Shown in pieces: positions 21,322 to 30,234 of a DNA stretch of 64,000 bases. The notes beneath the pieces were generated by a model. It was not told the DNA's origin. It made no database searches and saw nothing but the letters and a program-made list of their open reading frames with translations. The position numbers were made by a program, and so were the translations under genes. The DNA is from a bacterium (GTDB lineage: Bacteria; Zhuqueibacterota; Zhuqueibacteria; Oceanimicrobiales; Oceanimicrobiaceae): the NCBI GenBank assembly GCA_037446635.1, contig JBBIIG010000002.1, positions 128,001 to 192,000 of the forward strand. Reading direction: 5' to 3'. Positions within the stretch are counted from its first letter, which is position 1, and the number at the start of each line of letters is the position of its first letter.

Positions 21322-22806
21322 TTATTTTCCCAATCGTTCCTGAGTAATTTTAGCGACCAGTCCCGTGAGCAGGATGAGGCCGATCAGGTTGGGGAAGGCC
21401 ATCAGCGCGTTGCCGATGTTGCCGAGACTCCAAACGATGTTGAGATAATTAAAACTTTCGCCGGCCAGCGGGGTTAAAACCGCGCCGAAAAAAAGAAAGG
21501 CGATAAAAATGTAGCGGTACGGCATCACCACTTTATCGCCGCCGAGATATTCGATACACTTTTCACCGTAATAGGACCAGCCGAGAAGCGTAGTATATCC
21601 GAACAAAAACGAGGCGAACGCCACCACCGCGCCGCCCACGCCGAACGGCAGCACCGAGTCAAAAGCTTTTTGAGTGACGAGAATGCTGGTGATGTTGTCG
21701 GGCGCGTTCAGTCCCTGCCAAGCCTGGGTTTGAATGTAAGCGCCGGTGAGAACGATGGTGAGGGTGGTCATGGTGTTCACCAGCAGCGTGTCGATGAACA
21801 CGCCGGTCATGGCGATGAGCCCGTTTTTGGTGGGCTCGTCCGAAGCCGACGCGCCCTGGGCAATCGCCGCGGAACCCAATCCGGCTTCGTTGGAAAGCAG
21901 CCCGCGGCTGACGCCGCTCTGGACGGCCAGCCCAAACGACGCCCCCAGCAGCGGCTGAAATCCGAATGCGGATTTAAAAATCAACGCAAAGGCCTCTGGA
22001 ATGCGAGAGAAATTCGCGATGATGATCCACAGAGCCGCGACGATGTAGAAAACAATCATAGCCGGCACCAGCTTTTCAGATACACGACCTATTTTTTTGA
22101 TGCCGCCAATGATGACCATCCCCACCAAAAGCGCGATGACCGCGCCGATGGCATAATAGTATATCGCCGGCGCTTGTTGCGCATGCGTTCCGCTGTGCAA
22201 ATATTGATTGATGGTATTGGCCAGTGACGCCGCCATGGAATTAGACTGCGCCAAATTCCCTGTGCCAATTAAACACGCGATGGTTCCACAAACCGCGAAC
22301 GCCGCTCCCAGGAATCGTCCAAACTTTTTGTTTTTCAAACCATTTTTAACATAATACATGGGGCCGCCGGCCATGGTGCCTTTGGGCGCCACTTAGCGGA
22401 TTTTAACTCCTAAGAATCCCTCCGCGTATTTGGTGGCCATGCCGAAGAGCGCAGCAATCCACATAAACACCGGCGCGCCCGGTCCGCCAATGGCGATGGC
22501 GGTGGCCACGCCGGCGATGTTGCCGTTGCCAACCGTCGCAGCGAGTGCGGTCATCAGTGCGGCAAATGGTGAAATGTCGCCGTGGCCCTCTTCGGAACGG
22601 GCTTCTCTGGAAAAGATGAGTTTGAGGGAGCGCCAGAAATGTGAAAATTGAATGCCGCCGGTGGCAATCGTCAAAAATATGCCGGCGCCTAAAAGCAGAG
22701 CGATGAGGGCGGAAATGGGCCATTGTAACGGCCAGCCCCAGATTAAGTTATCAATGGTGGTTGCCAGGTACAAAAATCGGTCAAAAAAACCTGTTTCGTT
22801 TCCCAT
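21322..22806 (-). pseudogene. Alanine/glycine:cation symporter (AGCS) with an in-frame TAA at 22393-22395
   Basis: ORFs 22393-22806 and 21322-22392 are in the same frame: ATKYAEGFLGVKIR*VAPKGTMAGGPMYY; motifs GNGNIAG, SNEAGLGS and LGWSYYGE. Confidence 0.8.
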
Positions 22807-22881
22807 AAGCTTCCTTTCCGGAGTTGGTTACAGTGGGGTAAAAAACGTGAAAAGGTAAGCACGCTCCGGTAAAAAAACAAC

Positions 22882-24612
22882 TCAAAATTCTTTTTTATAT
22901 TTCCGCCATGCCAGCAAAAGCACACACGAGAAAATCGTCAACAAAAAGTAAGCTCCGGCCTTGAACGCCACCCCGGCCGCAGTCAACGCGCCAGCGCTGA
23001 ATCCGGCCAAACCCTCGCCGCCCATCACACCAGCGGCCATCAGTAACCCGGCGTGGTAGAGGTGCGGCGTCTTCCGATCCACATAAAAACGAATGAGCGC
23101 GCCCGCCGCCAGCGGAATTGCCAACCCTAGCCCTAAAAACAGACCAATGCCCAGCGGCATCAGCAAAATTTTGTTTTTGAATTTTAGTGGAACGAAGCGC
23201 TGCGCCATTTCCCAAATAAATGCCAGCACGAAGCCGCCGGCGAACACCCCCGGAAACTCGAAGCCGAAGATGCTGCCCGCCACCATCTGCGCCTGCGGGG
23301 CCGGCATTGCCGGGGTGAACAGGGCATTGGCAAAACCGCGGCGAATGGTTTCGAGGACGAACGGCGCGGCCAGTCCGGAGGCGACGACCGTGATGATGTC
23401 CACTTTCACAATATCGAAGAAGCGCGTGCCGACGATCACCGAAGATTTGTAGTCATGGCCGGCGTCGCCGGCGATGGCGCACGCGACGCTCACGAACGTG
23501 ACTATCATAAACGAGGCCGTCATGCTCAGCTCCAGAGCGGCAATTTGGTAAATGAGCGCTATCACCAGTCCGGTGAAAATTCCGAACTGTTCCAGTGGAT
23601 CGATGTTGGTTTCGCCGGTCATGCGCGCGGCCACGGCGACCATCACCCACACGCCGATCACTGTCAGCAGCGCCGCCAATAGCGGCACGCCGGCCAACCA
23701 CAGCGCGCTCATTCCCAGCAGCGCCAACCCGGGAAAAAGCCGCAGGTAGCGCTCGCTGGCTTTCAAAATTGGAAGAAAGATTTTTTGGAAGCGCGGCAAA
23801 ACGTAGCTGGAAAAAAATCCGATGCCGGAGCCCAGCACCATTCCCATTCCGAAATTTTGCGCCAAGCCGCGCGCCGACTCTGCGCTGAAGCCATTTTGGA
23901 AAAGCAGCGGCACGAGAATCACCCAGCCGAGGACGGCGCCCAGCAGCCACGAAAACCCGGCGGCGGCGCCGAGGATATATCCGCCGCCGACCGCCAGCGG
24001 CAGCGGAGCCAGCGTCAAAAATAATCCAATGGCGGTAAGCGCGGCGAATGAAAAGCCCGCGGGGAAATAGAGATCGCGAATGAGCGCGAATATGCCGGCC
24101 GCGGCGCCAATCACGATTATAAAAAATAATTGCCGGCCGCCGGTTTGGCCGGCTTTCAAAAGCTCGGCGCCCGCCGTGCCGGAGGGGTACGGCAGTTGCT
24201 CTTCATCAACAAACGTATATTTGAGCGGCACGGACAAAAGAATGCCGAGAACGCCGGCCAGCGTGGTTACCAGCGCCAGCACCCAGGGGTTCGGCCAGGC
24301 GATCTCTAAATTTTTGCTGCTGTTCAAATACAAAATGCCGGGCACGGTGAACACCACGCCGGCCGCCACCAATCCACCGATGCTGCCGCCGGCCTGCGCC
24401 ACGTTCACCTCGTGGACGCTGACTTTGCGGCCGCGGCTCAAGAGTTTTAGAACGCCGCCGGAGATGATCACGGAAAAAATGATCGGCCACGGCTGCGCCC
24501 CAAGCTTGACGGCCACGTAAGAAGAGCTGGTGAGCAAAAAAATGGAGAGGGCAACCGCAATCAGGGCCGCCCGCACGGTGAATCCGGAATGTTCGCTTTT
24601 TTGATTGGACAT
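22882..24612 (-). CDS. OPT/YSL-family oligopeptide transporter
   Basis: Many TM segments; FTVRA, LPYPSGTA, GETNIDP, DYKS and AAGVMGGEG motifs. Confidence 0.8.
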   Translation of the reverse strand: MSNQKSEHSGFTVRAALIAVALSIFLLTSSSYVAVKLGAQPWPIIFSVIISGGVLKLLSRGRKVSVHEVNVAQAGGSIGGLVAAGVVFTVPGILYLNSSKNLEIAWPNPWVLALVTTLAGVLGILLSVPLKYTFVDEEQLPYPSGTAGAELLKAGQTGGRQLFFIIVIGAAAGIFALIRDLYFPAGFSFAALTAIGLFLTLAPLPLAVGGGYILGAAAGFSWLLGAVLGWVILVPLLFQNGFSAESARGLAQNFGMGMVLGSGIGFFSSYVLPRFQKIFLPILKASERYLRLFPGLALLGMSALWLAGVPLLAALLTVIGVWVMVAVAARMTGETNIDPLEQFGIFTGLVIALIYQIAALELSMTASFMIVTFVSVACAIAGDAGHDYKSSVIVGTRFFDIVKVDIITVVASGLAAPFVLETIRRGFANALFTPAMPAPQAQMVAGSIFGFEFPGVFAGGFVLAFIWEMAQRFVPLKFKNKILLMPLGIGLFLGLGLAIPLAAGALIRFYVDRKTPHLYHAGLLMAAGVMGGEGLAGFSAGALTAAGVAFKAGAYFLLTIFSCVLLLAWRKYKKEF

Positions 24613-24779
24613 AAACGAATTGGGGTAATTCTGCCGATGGTCGGAATATTAAATGAAGACGGATGTATAAACAAGTACCAAACCCGATGGGCGGCTTCAT
24701 CAACCTCCTCTTCCAAAAAGCAGTAAACTATGAGGCCGCCCCTTTTTATTTGTATTGCTCAGCGCTTTTCCCGAAATTT

Positions 24780-25892
24780 TCAAATTTCCTTCAGTAAAGC
24801 CGCCCATGCCTTCCGATGTTGAATGGATGATTTTGAAGCGTCAAGTTCCGGCCCTATCCTGCTAATAAAATCGACACGGCCGCGTTCTCCCAACAATATT
24901 AATTTTCCCTTCGCAAATTCGACGAGATCTGAAATGTAGATGTTTTGGCCGCTGGCAAACTCTTGAGTGATTTTTCTCTTTATAGCGTCATGGTTTTTCG
25001 GTTCGATACCCTGCTGAGCTATGAACAAAATTTCTTTTATGCGATTAGCTCTCGCGATGTCAATCTTTGAATCTAATTGAGTCAAGTTTAAACTTCTATC
25101 CTTCACTTCAACTAACAAGATTATCTCATCATTCAGCCAACACTCAATGTCTGCGACCATTCCAGAGGTTACGTCCGGAGCATTGACTTTTTCTCTTTTT
25201 ATTTCGTCGAAAAGATTAAATCTATCCGAAATGGTTCGAAACAGGGAAGTCGCAACTGCTTCCAGTCGATCACCACCCGAGCGCTCCGAGATAAATTTTT
25301 CGATAAGAAAAAGCGTTTTTTCTAGGCTGGTTCTACTTGGCGTTGGATACACCACAACCACGTTTGTCAAAAGTTTATTTATTTCCACGAGTACTTGATC
25401 AAAGACTTTTTGCGTGAAATCGATATCGTTTTTATTTTGAACCGCATCCAAAATATAAATTAGCTTATCCCAATCCTGCTTGTTTTTTTGTCTTGCTCGA
25501 TTGGCCTTCGATACAGATGTGCAGCGTAGCGGATTGTTCACATACGGCTCATTCGAGCCGCCTAATACGTTATGATTTTCTTTATCAAAGGGTACAATGA
25601 CTTTGTGCGCAATGGTTCGTGCATCGAATGAGCCTTCGCTTGCAAACGCGGCTTGCAACGATCGGCAGTCGAGGGAGCGGTCAACAGACTTACTTAAGAG
25701 TTGGTTTGGAAGAACGTAACGGTAGGATTTAGTGCTGCTGTTTAAACAGCTTCGAATATTCTCTTTTAGAAGGTCATATTCTCTTTTTAGAGGTTCGGTA
25801 CTCGATTCATGCTCAACAAGTTTGAGAATATAATTCCAACGTTCATGCAGATACTTTTGGCATTTCTCCGAAAATGATAATTGGTCAGGCAT
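24780..25892 (-). CDS. Type II restriction endonuclease (SacI-family-like, PD-(D/E)xK)
   Basis: ADIECW...VEVKD nuclease motif; FDART and EPYVNNP segments; 5 bp downstream of an MTase; AT-rich. Confidence 0.75.
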   Translation of the reverse strand: MPDQLSFSEKCQKYLHERWNYILKLVEHESSTEPLKREYDLLKENIRSCLNSSTKSYRYVLPNQLLSKSVDRSLDCRSLQAAFASEGSFDARTIAHKVIVPFDKENHNVLGGSNEPYVNNPLRCTSVSKANRARQKNKQDWDKLIYILDAVQNKNDIDFTQKVFDQVLVEINKLLTNVVVVYPTPSRTSLEKTLFLIEKFISERSGGDRLEAVATSLFRTISDRFNLFDEIKREKVNAPDVTSGMVADIECWLNDEIILLVEVKDRSLNLTQLDSKIDIARANRIKEILFIAQQGIEPKNHDAIKRKITQEFASGQNIYISDLVEFAKGKLILLGERGRVDFISRIGPELDASKSSIQHRKAWAALLKEI

Positions 25893-25897
25893 GATGC

Positions 25898-26719
25898 TCA
25901 GTAATTAGTCCAAAGAATCTCGGTTCTTTCAGCTTTTATTGATAATGCTTTTTTGGTTTTGGCAACATGCATATTCCAATCTTTATATAACTCATCCATC
26001 AATTCACAGCGATATCCTGAAATGGCAACTTTGCCTTTGACGTTTTTCAGTACTTCGGCAAGTTTTACGTGCATGAGGTCGCTCATCTCATATTTATAAG
26101 CATTTTTGTCGCCGCGTGAGCCGTGGGGATAAGGGGGATCACAATAAAACAGTGTCTCTGGACTATCGTATCGCTTTATGACATTAAACGCATCATCGTG
26201 TTCGATCTGCACTCTCAAAAGTCTGGAAGCAATGTACTCAAGACCCTCGACGCTGCCTAACCAACGCGATACCGCGCCGGCCATTCCGGCGCGGCTCGTG
26301 GACAGGCAATTCGCCCAACGGCCATTCGACGCGGTTTGGGCTAAGCCGGTTCTCACCTGTCGCGCACGGATGAAAAATCTTCTCGCTCTTTCGAGATCGG
26401 AAAGACTCTCGCTATTTCCATTTGATTGAATGGCCTGCCGGAATTCTTCACGCGAAAACGGTGTCATTCCGATAGCGTAAAGCAATTCTTCTTTCTTATC
26501 TCTCAAAACTTTAAAGAAGTTTACGACTTCTCCGTCAATGTCATTGTAAGTTTCAACGTTAGCGGGTTCTCTATTTAACAAAACAGCGGCAGAACCACCA
26601 AAGGGCTCGCAGTAGTGCTGAGTACGAGGCAGCAGCGGCAGCAACCAATCGAGATGATTGTATTTTCCACCATACCAGCCAAAAGCGATTACCTTTTTTT
26701 TGTTTTCAACTATGGACAT
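25898..26719 (-). CDS. D12-class N6-adenine DNA methyltransferase
   Basis: WYGGK, YCEPFGGS, YND, FYCDPPY and TEILWTNY motifs. Confidence 0.92.
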   Translation of the reverse strand: MSIVENKKKVIAFGWYGGKYNHLDWLLPLLPRTQHYCEPFGGSAAVLLNREPANVETYNDIDGEVVNFFKVLRDKKEELLYAIGMTPFSREEFRQAIQSNGNSESLSDLERARRFFIRARQVRTGLAQTASNGRWANCLSTSRAGMAGAVSRWLGSVEGLEYIASRLLRVQIEHDDAFNVIKRYDSPETLFYCDPPYPHGSRGDKNAYKYEMSDLMHVKLAEVLKNVKGKVAISGYRCELMDELYKDWNMHVAKTKKALSIKAERTEILWTNY

Positions 26720-26776
26720 TCAGCAGTCTCCTCTTCGCCTCATAAGATAACACAAATAATAAATGATGCAATCTTT

Positions 26777-27865
26777 TCAAGTGGCTTTTCGATACTCCAG
26801 CATCAACCGCTCCATCATCTCCTCCCGTTTGAAATACAGCTTTTTCAACTTTCGCGGCTGATGTTTGGCGAGCGCATACGCCGTGAGAATTGGCAGGGCG
26901 ATGGTGGAGTCACAGTAGCAGGTGATGGTATCAGGAAGCCGGTCGGGATCGACTTTGCCCCAGCTCACCGCCTCCGAAGGTGTGGCGCCGGAGAGGCCGC
27001 CGGTGTCGGGACGGGCGTCGGTGAATTGCAGAAAATAGTCGTGGCCTTTTTCATCGATGCCAAGCACTTCCTGAATTTGCGGCTCGGTTTGCAGCAGAAA
27101 ATTTTTCGGCGAGCCGCCGCCAAAAATCAGCACGCCGCTTTCGCCGCCGGCCCGTTTGGCCGCCAGCACAATCGCGGCGGTTTCGTTGACGTCGGCGTTG
27201 ACGTCGAATTGCAGACGGTTGCCATCCAGCGCCATCGCGGCCACGTTCATGCCGATGGAGCTGTCTCCCGGCGACGATGTATACACCGGCACGCCCGCGA
27301 GGTACGCCGCCGATAGCAGCGACTTGTGTTTCAGCCCCAACGCCTTTTCTCTTTCGTGAACGTATTTACCGATTAAAAAATGAAACTCTGCGGTGCTCAT
27401 GGTTTTTTGAAACTCCGGTGCGGCGATCACTTTGCGATAAAATTCGTCGGTGGAGAGCAGTACTTCGTAGTCGAAAAAAATGTCGTAAATGCGCACCACG
27501 CCTTCATCGCGCAGCACCACGTCGTCGGCTTTGAAGTTACCCTGGTGCATGGAGAGCCCGAGGGCAAAGTGGGTGTCGTGGTAGAGGTTGGCGCCGGTGC
27601 TGACAATCCAATCCACAAAGCCGTTTTCGATTAACGGGATCAAGCACGACATGCCCACGCCGGCCGGGGTGAGCGCGCCGGTGAGGCTCATCCCCACGGT
27701 GACCTTTTCGCCCAACATTTTTTGAGTGAACAACTGGCAGCCCTCCCGCAAGCGCGCAGCGTTGTAAGCGAGGAAGGTTTTATCTACGAGATCGGTCAAT
27801 GAAATCCCCATGCCGATGGGTTCGGGGGAAATCGATTTTCCGGAGAGAAAATTTTTCTTTGGCAT
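26777..27865 (-). CDS. Deoxyhypusine-synthase-like (SpeY-type homospermidine biosynthesis) protein
   Basis: [26 protein letters not shown] and [16 protein letters not shown] (catalytic Lys); likely start MPKKN at 27865. Confidence 0.85.
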   Translation of the reverse strand: MPKKNFLSGKSISPEPIGMGISLTDLVDKTFLAYNAARLREGCQLFTQKMLGEKVTVGMSLTGALTPAGVGMSCLIPLIENGFVDWIVSTGANLYHDTHFALGLSMHQGNFKADDVVLRDEGVVRIYDIFFDYEVLLSTDEFYRKVIAAPEFQKTMSTAEFHFLIGKYVHEREKALGLKHKSLLSAAYLAGVPVYTSSPGDSSIGMNVAAMALDGNRLQFDVNADVNETAAIVLAAKRAGGESGVLIFGGGSPKNFLLQTEPQIQEVLGIDEKGHDYFLQFTDARPDTGGLSGATPSEAVSWGKVDPDRLPDTITCYCDSTIALPILTAYALAKHQPRKLKKLYFKREEMMERLMLEYRKAT

Positions 27866-27879
27866 CGGAGTCCTTTCGT

Positions 27880-27943
27880 GTGAGAAGTGAGATGTGAAAT
27901 GTGAGACGGAAACGTGAGACGGCAAACTGCAGACGGCAAATTC
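27880..27943. repeat. Degenerate heptamer tandem array
   Basis: GTGAGAA GTGAGAT GTGAAAT GTGAGAC ... GTGAGAC GGCAAAC TGCAGAC GGCAAAT. Confidence 0.65.
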
Positions 27944-27994
27944 ATGAACAACCGCATTACGCTCTTCGCTTTTCAACGTCTGCCACTTGCCGTC

Positions 27995-28432
27995 TCACTT
28001 TTCACGTTCCGGGATGAACGTATCGAAATTATTCACCAGCCATTTGCCGTTGACGGCAATGGTTGATAATACAAATTGTCGCTGCGATTCGTAGCCGCCT
28101 TTGCTTTCAATTGTTACGTCATAAAAAAACGTAACCGAGTTGTCCGGGCGCTGCTGCTGACTCTTGAGTTTGTAATCGATGAAGGGTTTGGCGCTGGAAA
28201 GCTCGAGGTCTGGCTGCATGCGCACGCTGCGCAGCGATTCAATTTCTTTTTGAAGTTTCATCGTGGCGAGTCCGGTGCACAATTCCTGCGCGCCCTGTTG
28301 GTTCAGTTCGATCAAATATCGAAACAGAAACTCCTCGGAGACGCCTTCGGGCGTATTTTTGTAACCGCAGGCAAAAAAGACGGTCGAAAGAAGTGCAAAC
28401 AAAAAAATCGACAAGAGTTTCAAGAGATTCAT
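27995..28432 (-). CDS. Hypothetical lipoprotein (possibly NTF2-like)
   Basis: Signal peptide ending FFAC-G; TPEGVSEEF start and NGKWLV ending. Confidence 0.65.
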   Translation of the reverse strand: MNLLKLLSIFLFALLSTVFFACGYKNTPEGVSEEFLFRYLIELNQQGAQELCTGLATMKLQKEIESLRSVRMQPDLELSSAKPFIDYKLKSQQQRPDNSVTFFYDVTIESKGGYESQRQFVLSTIAVNGKWLVNNFDTFIPEREK

Positions 28433-28935
28433 AGCCGAAAAATTTGGCTACAAAATAGCTTGAGCATCCCAAAAAATCAAGGGGAATGATTCAAACAATC
28501 AAAAGTATTTGAATCAATGGCCACGACAGTTTATAAAAAGCGCCAAATAAATTATAGTGTATCGCTGCAGCTAAGAATAACCAACCCAGTAGAAAACGAT
28601 AAAAGGACGTTAAGAGAATAAATTTCCACTTTTTTTTTTCTGATAGGCAAACCTCAATTTGCGGCTGATTATTTTTTTGAAAGATCAGCACTTCATAAAA
28701 AAATAGAAAATTACTCCACAAACTACCTAAGGGAGATCGAAAGGCATCTTCCTCCTTGCAAGAAAGAACGCCGTCATAATGAGAATAACTACCGAAACAA
28801 TAACTAAGATTAAGATAGGGAGACGTTGTTGCGTTGAAGAGGTTGGCTATTCTTTAGTCAGCCGCCAGGCTTTTCTATACTTTAGTTCTTGCGCACTCAA
28901 AGATGTTGATTTTTCAAGGCCCTCGTCAAATTAAT

Positions 28936-30201
28936 TCACTTCGACAAAATCCGATCGATAAACGTCGCCAGCGATTGATGTTCCACTGCCGAGTTTTTGC
29001 GCAGCACGTTGGACATCAACCCCACCAAATAGGTGCGGCCATCCGGGTGCTCGACAATCGCCACCGAGTTCATACCGTTTTCAACGTTGCCCATATATTT
29101 TTTGCAGACAAAACCCGGCTCCGGCTGGCAGCGGTAGAGGCTGCCGGATTTAAAATACACCGCGGCCTCCTGCAGTCGCGGCGCCGAGGCGTAGCGGATG
29201 CGGCGCGCCGTCATGTACATCAAACGTTTGATTTCCAGGCTCGACCACTCGTCCACGATTTTACCGCGCTCGAGCGCAACCAAATATTGCAGCAGCCCCT
29301 TCGGACTCGCGAAGCTGCCGCGGCCGCTCAAAATATCCTTCGAGGCCATGTAAGTAAAAAAGCTGCCCAACTGCCAGTCGCGTTGTGCGATGCCGATGGC
29401 GCGCAGCGGCTCGTTCACAATCGCGAACGCCATATCGCCCAACTCTTTTTTCGGGGTTTTCGCGAAGAATTCCTGCTCCTGTGCCGGCGTGGGCGGATAG
29501 TCCGGGCCGAAGGCGCGCATCAGCAGGGCTTCCTTCCAAACCAAGCTGGCGGCGGAATTAGCGCTGGCGGAGAGCATGTGGTCGGCCAGTTCGTACAATG
29601 AAAACACGTCGCCCTCCTTCATGGGGCGGTTGGCGTATTTGCCGGTTTCGGGATCGAAAATGGGCACTTCGTGCTCGTCGCTGCGAATCCACCTGTCCGC
29701 CACCACCATTCGAGTCCGCAGCAGCTCGCGGCGCTTTTCGGCGCTGTCCGGAAAGATGGCGCGCAGCTCAGTAAACAGGCCGGCGATCACCGCCAACTTG
29801 CCGACGCTGCCGGGCGAAAACTGGCGGTTGGGCTGGCGTTCGGCGTAGCGGAAGGGCTTGCCGGGCGTGATCTCGAGCAGCGCCAGCGAGTAGCTTTCAT
29901 CGCGGTTGGGGAAGAGCTTGTCGATCTCCTTTTGCAGCGCTGCATCGATGGGTGGCAGGGTTTCCAGCGAGTCGCCGCGCGTCCCCAGCAAATTTAACTT
30001 GATATCGTTGATGGATTTCTGCGCGCCGGGGATCGGCGCCGTGCCTTTGATTTCGCCGGCGAGGATGCGCCGCAGCCGTTCGAGGCGGCGGATGCCGGTG
30101 AGACTATAGCCGTCGATGGGATAGCTGAAGATGGAGTCGATTAAAACTGAAAAAGTCAAGATGAATAAAGCGATGAAGCCCAAAATTTGTCGCACGTCCA
30201 A
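28936..30201 (-). CDS. Exported serine beta-lactamase/PBP-fold protein
   Basis: Signal peptide; PGSVGK (SxxK), SASAN (SxN) and FKSG (KTG-like) motifs; GAGGAG RBS before TTG. Confidence 0.8.
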   Translation of the reverse strand: MDVRQILGFIALFILTFSVLIDSIFSYPIDGYSLTGIRRLERLRRILAGEIKGTAPIPGAQKSINDIKLNLLGTRGDSLETLPPIDAALQKEIDKLFPNRDESYSLALLEITPGKPFRYAERQPNRQFSPGSVGKLAVIAGLFTELRAIFPDSAEKRRELLRTRMVVADRWIRSDEHEVPIFDPETGKYANRPMKEGDVFSLYELADHMLSASANSAASLVWKEALLMRAFGPDYPPTPAQEQEFFAKTPKKELGDMAFAIVNEPLRAIGIAQRDWQLGSFFTYMASKDILSGRGSFASPKGLLQYLVALERGKIVDEWSSLEIKRLMYMTARRIRYASAPRLQEAAVYFKSGSLYRCQPEPGFVCKKYMGNVENGMNSVAIVEHPDGRTYLVGLMSNVLRKNSAVEHQSLATFIDRILSK

Positions 30202-30234
30202 CTCCTCAATTACATCTGTGAAATAATGGGGAAC

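Noticed and set aside
22393..22395. Sec/Pyl recoding of the AGCS stop
   Set aside because: The codon is TAA, not TGA or TAG; other genes in the window use TAA as a normal stop
27866..27976. N-terminal extension of the DHS-like ORF ([14 protein letters not shown])
   Set aside because: Translation of a heptamer repeat; a better start is the ATG at 27865 with an AAGGA RBS
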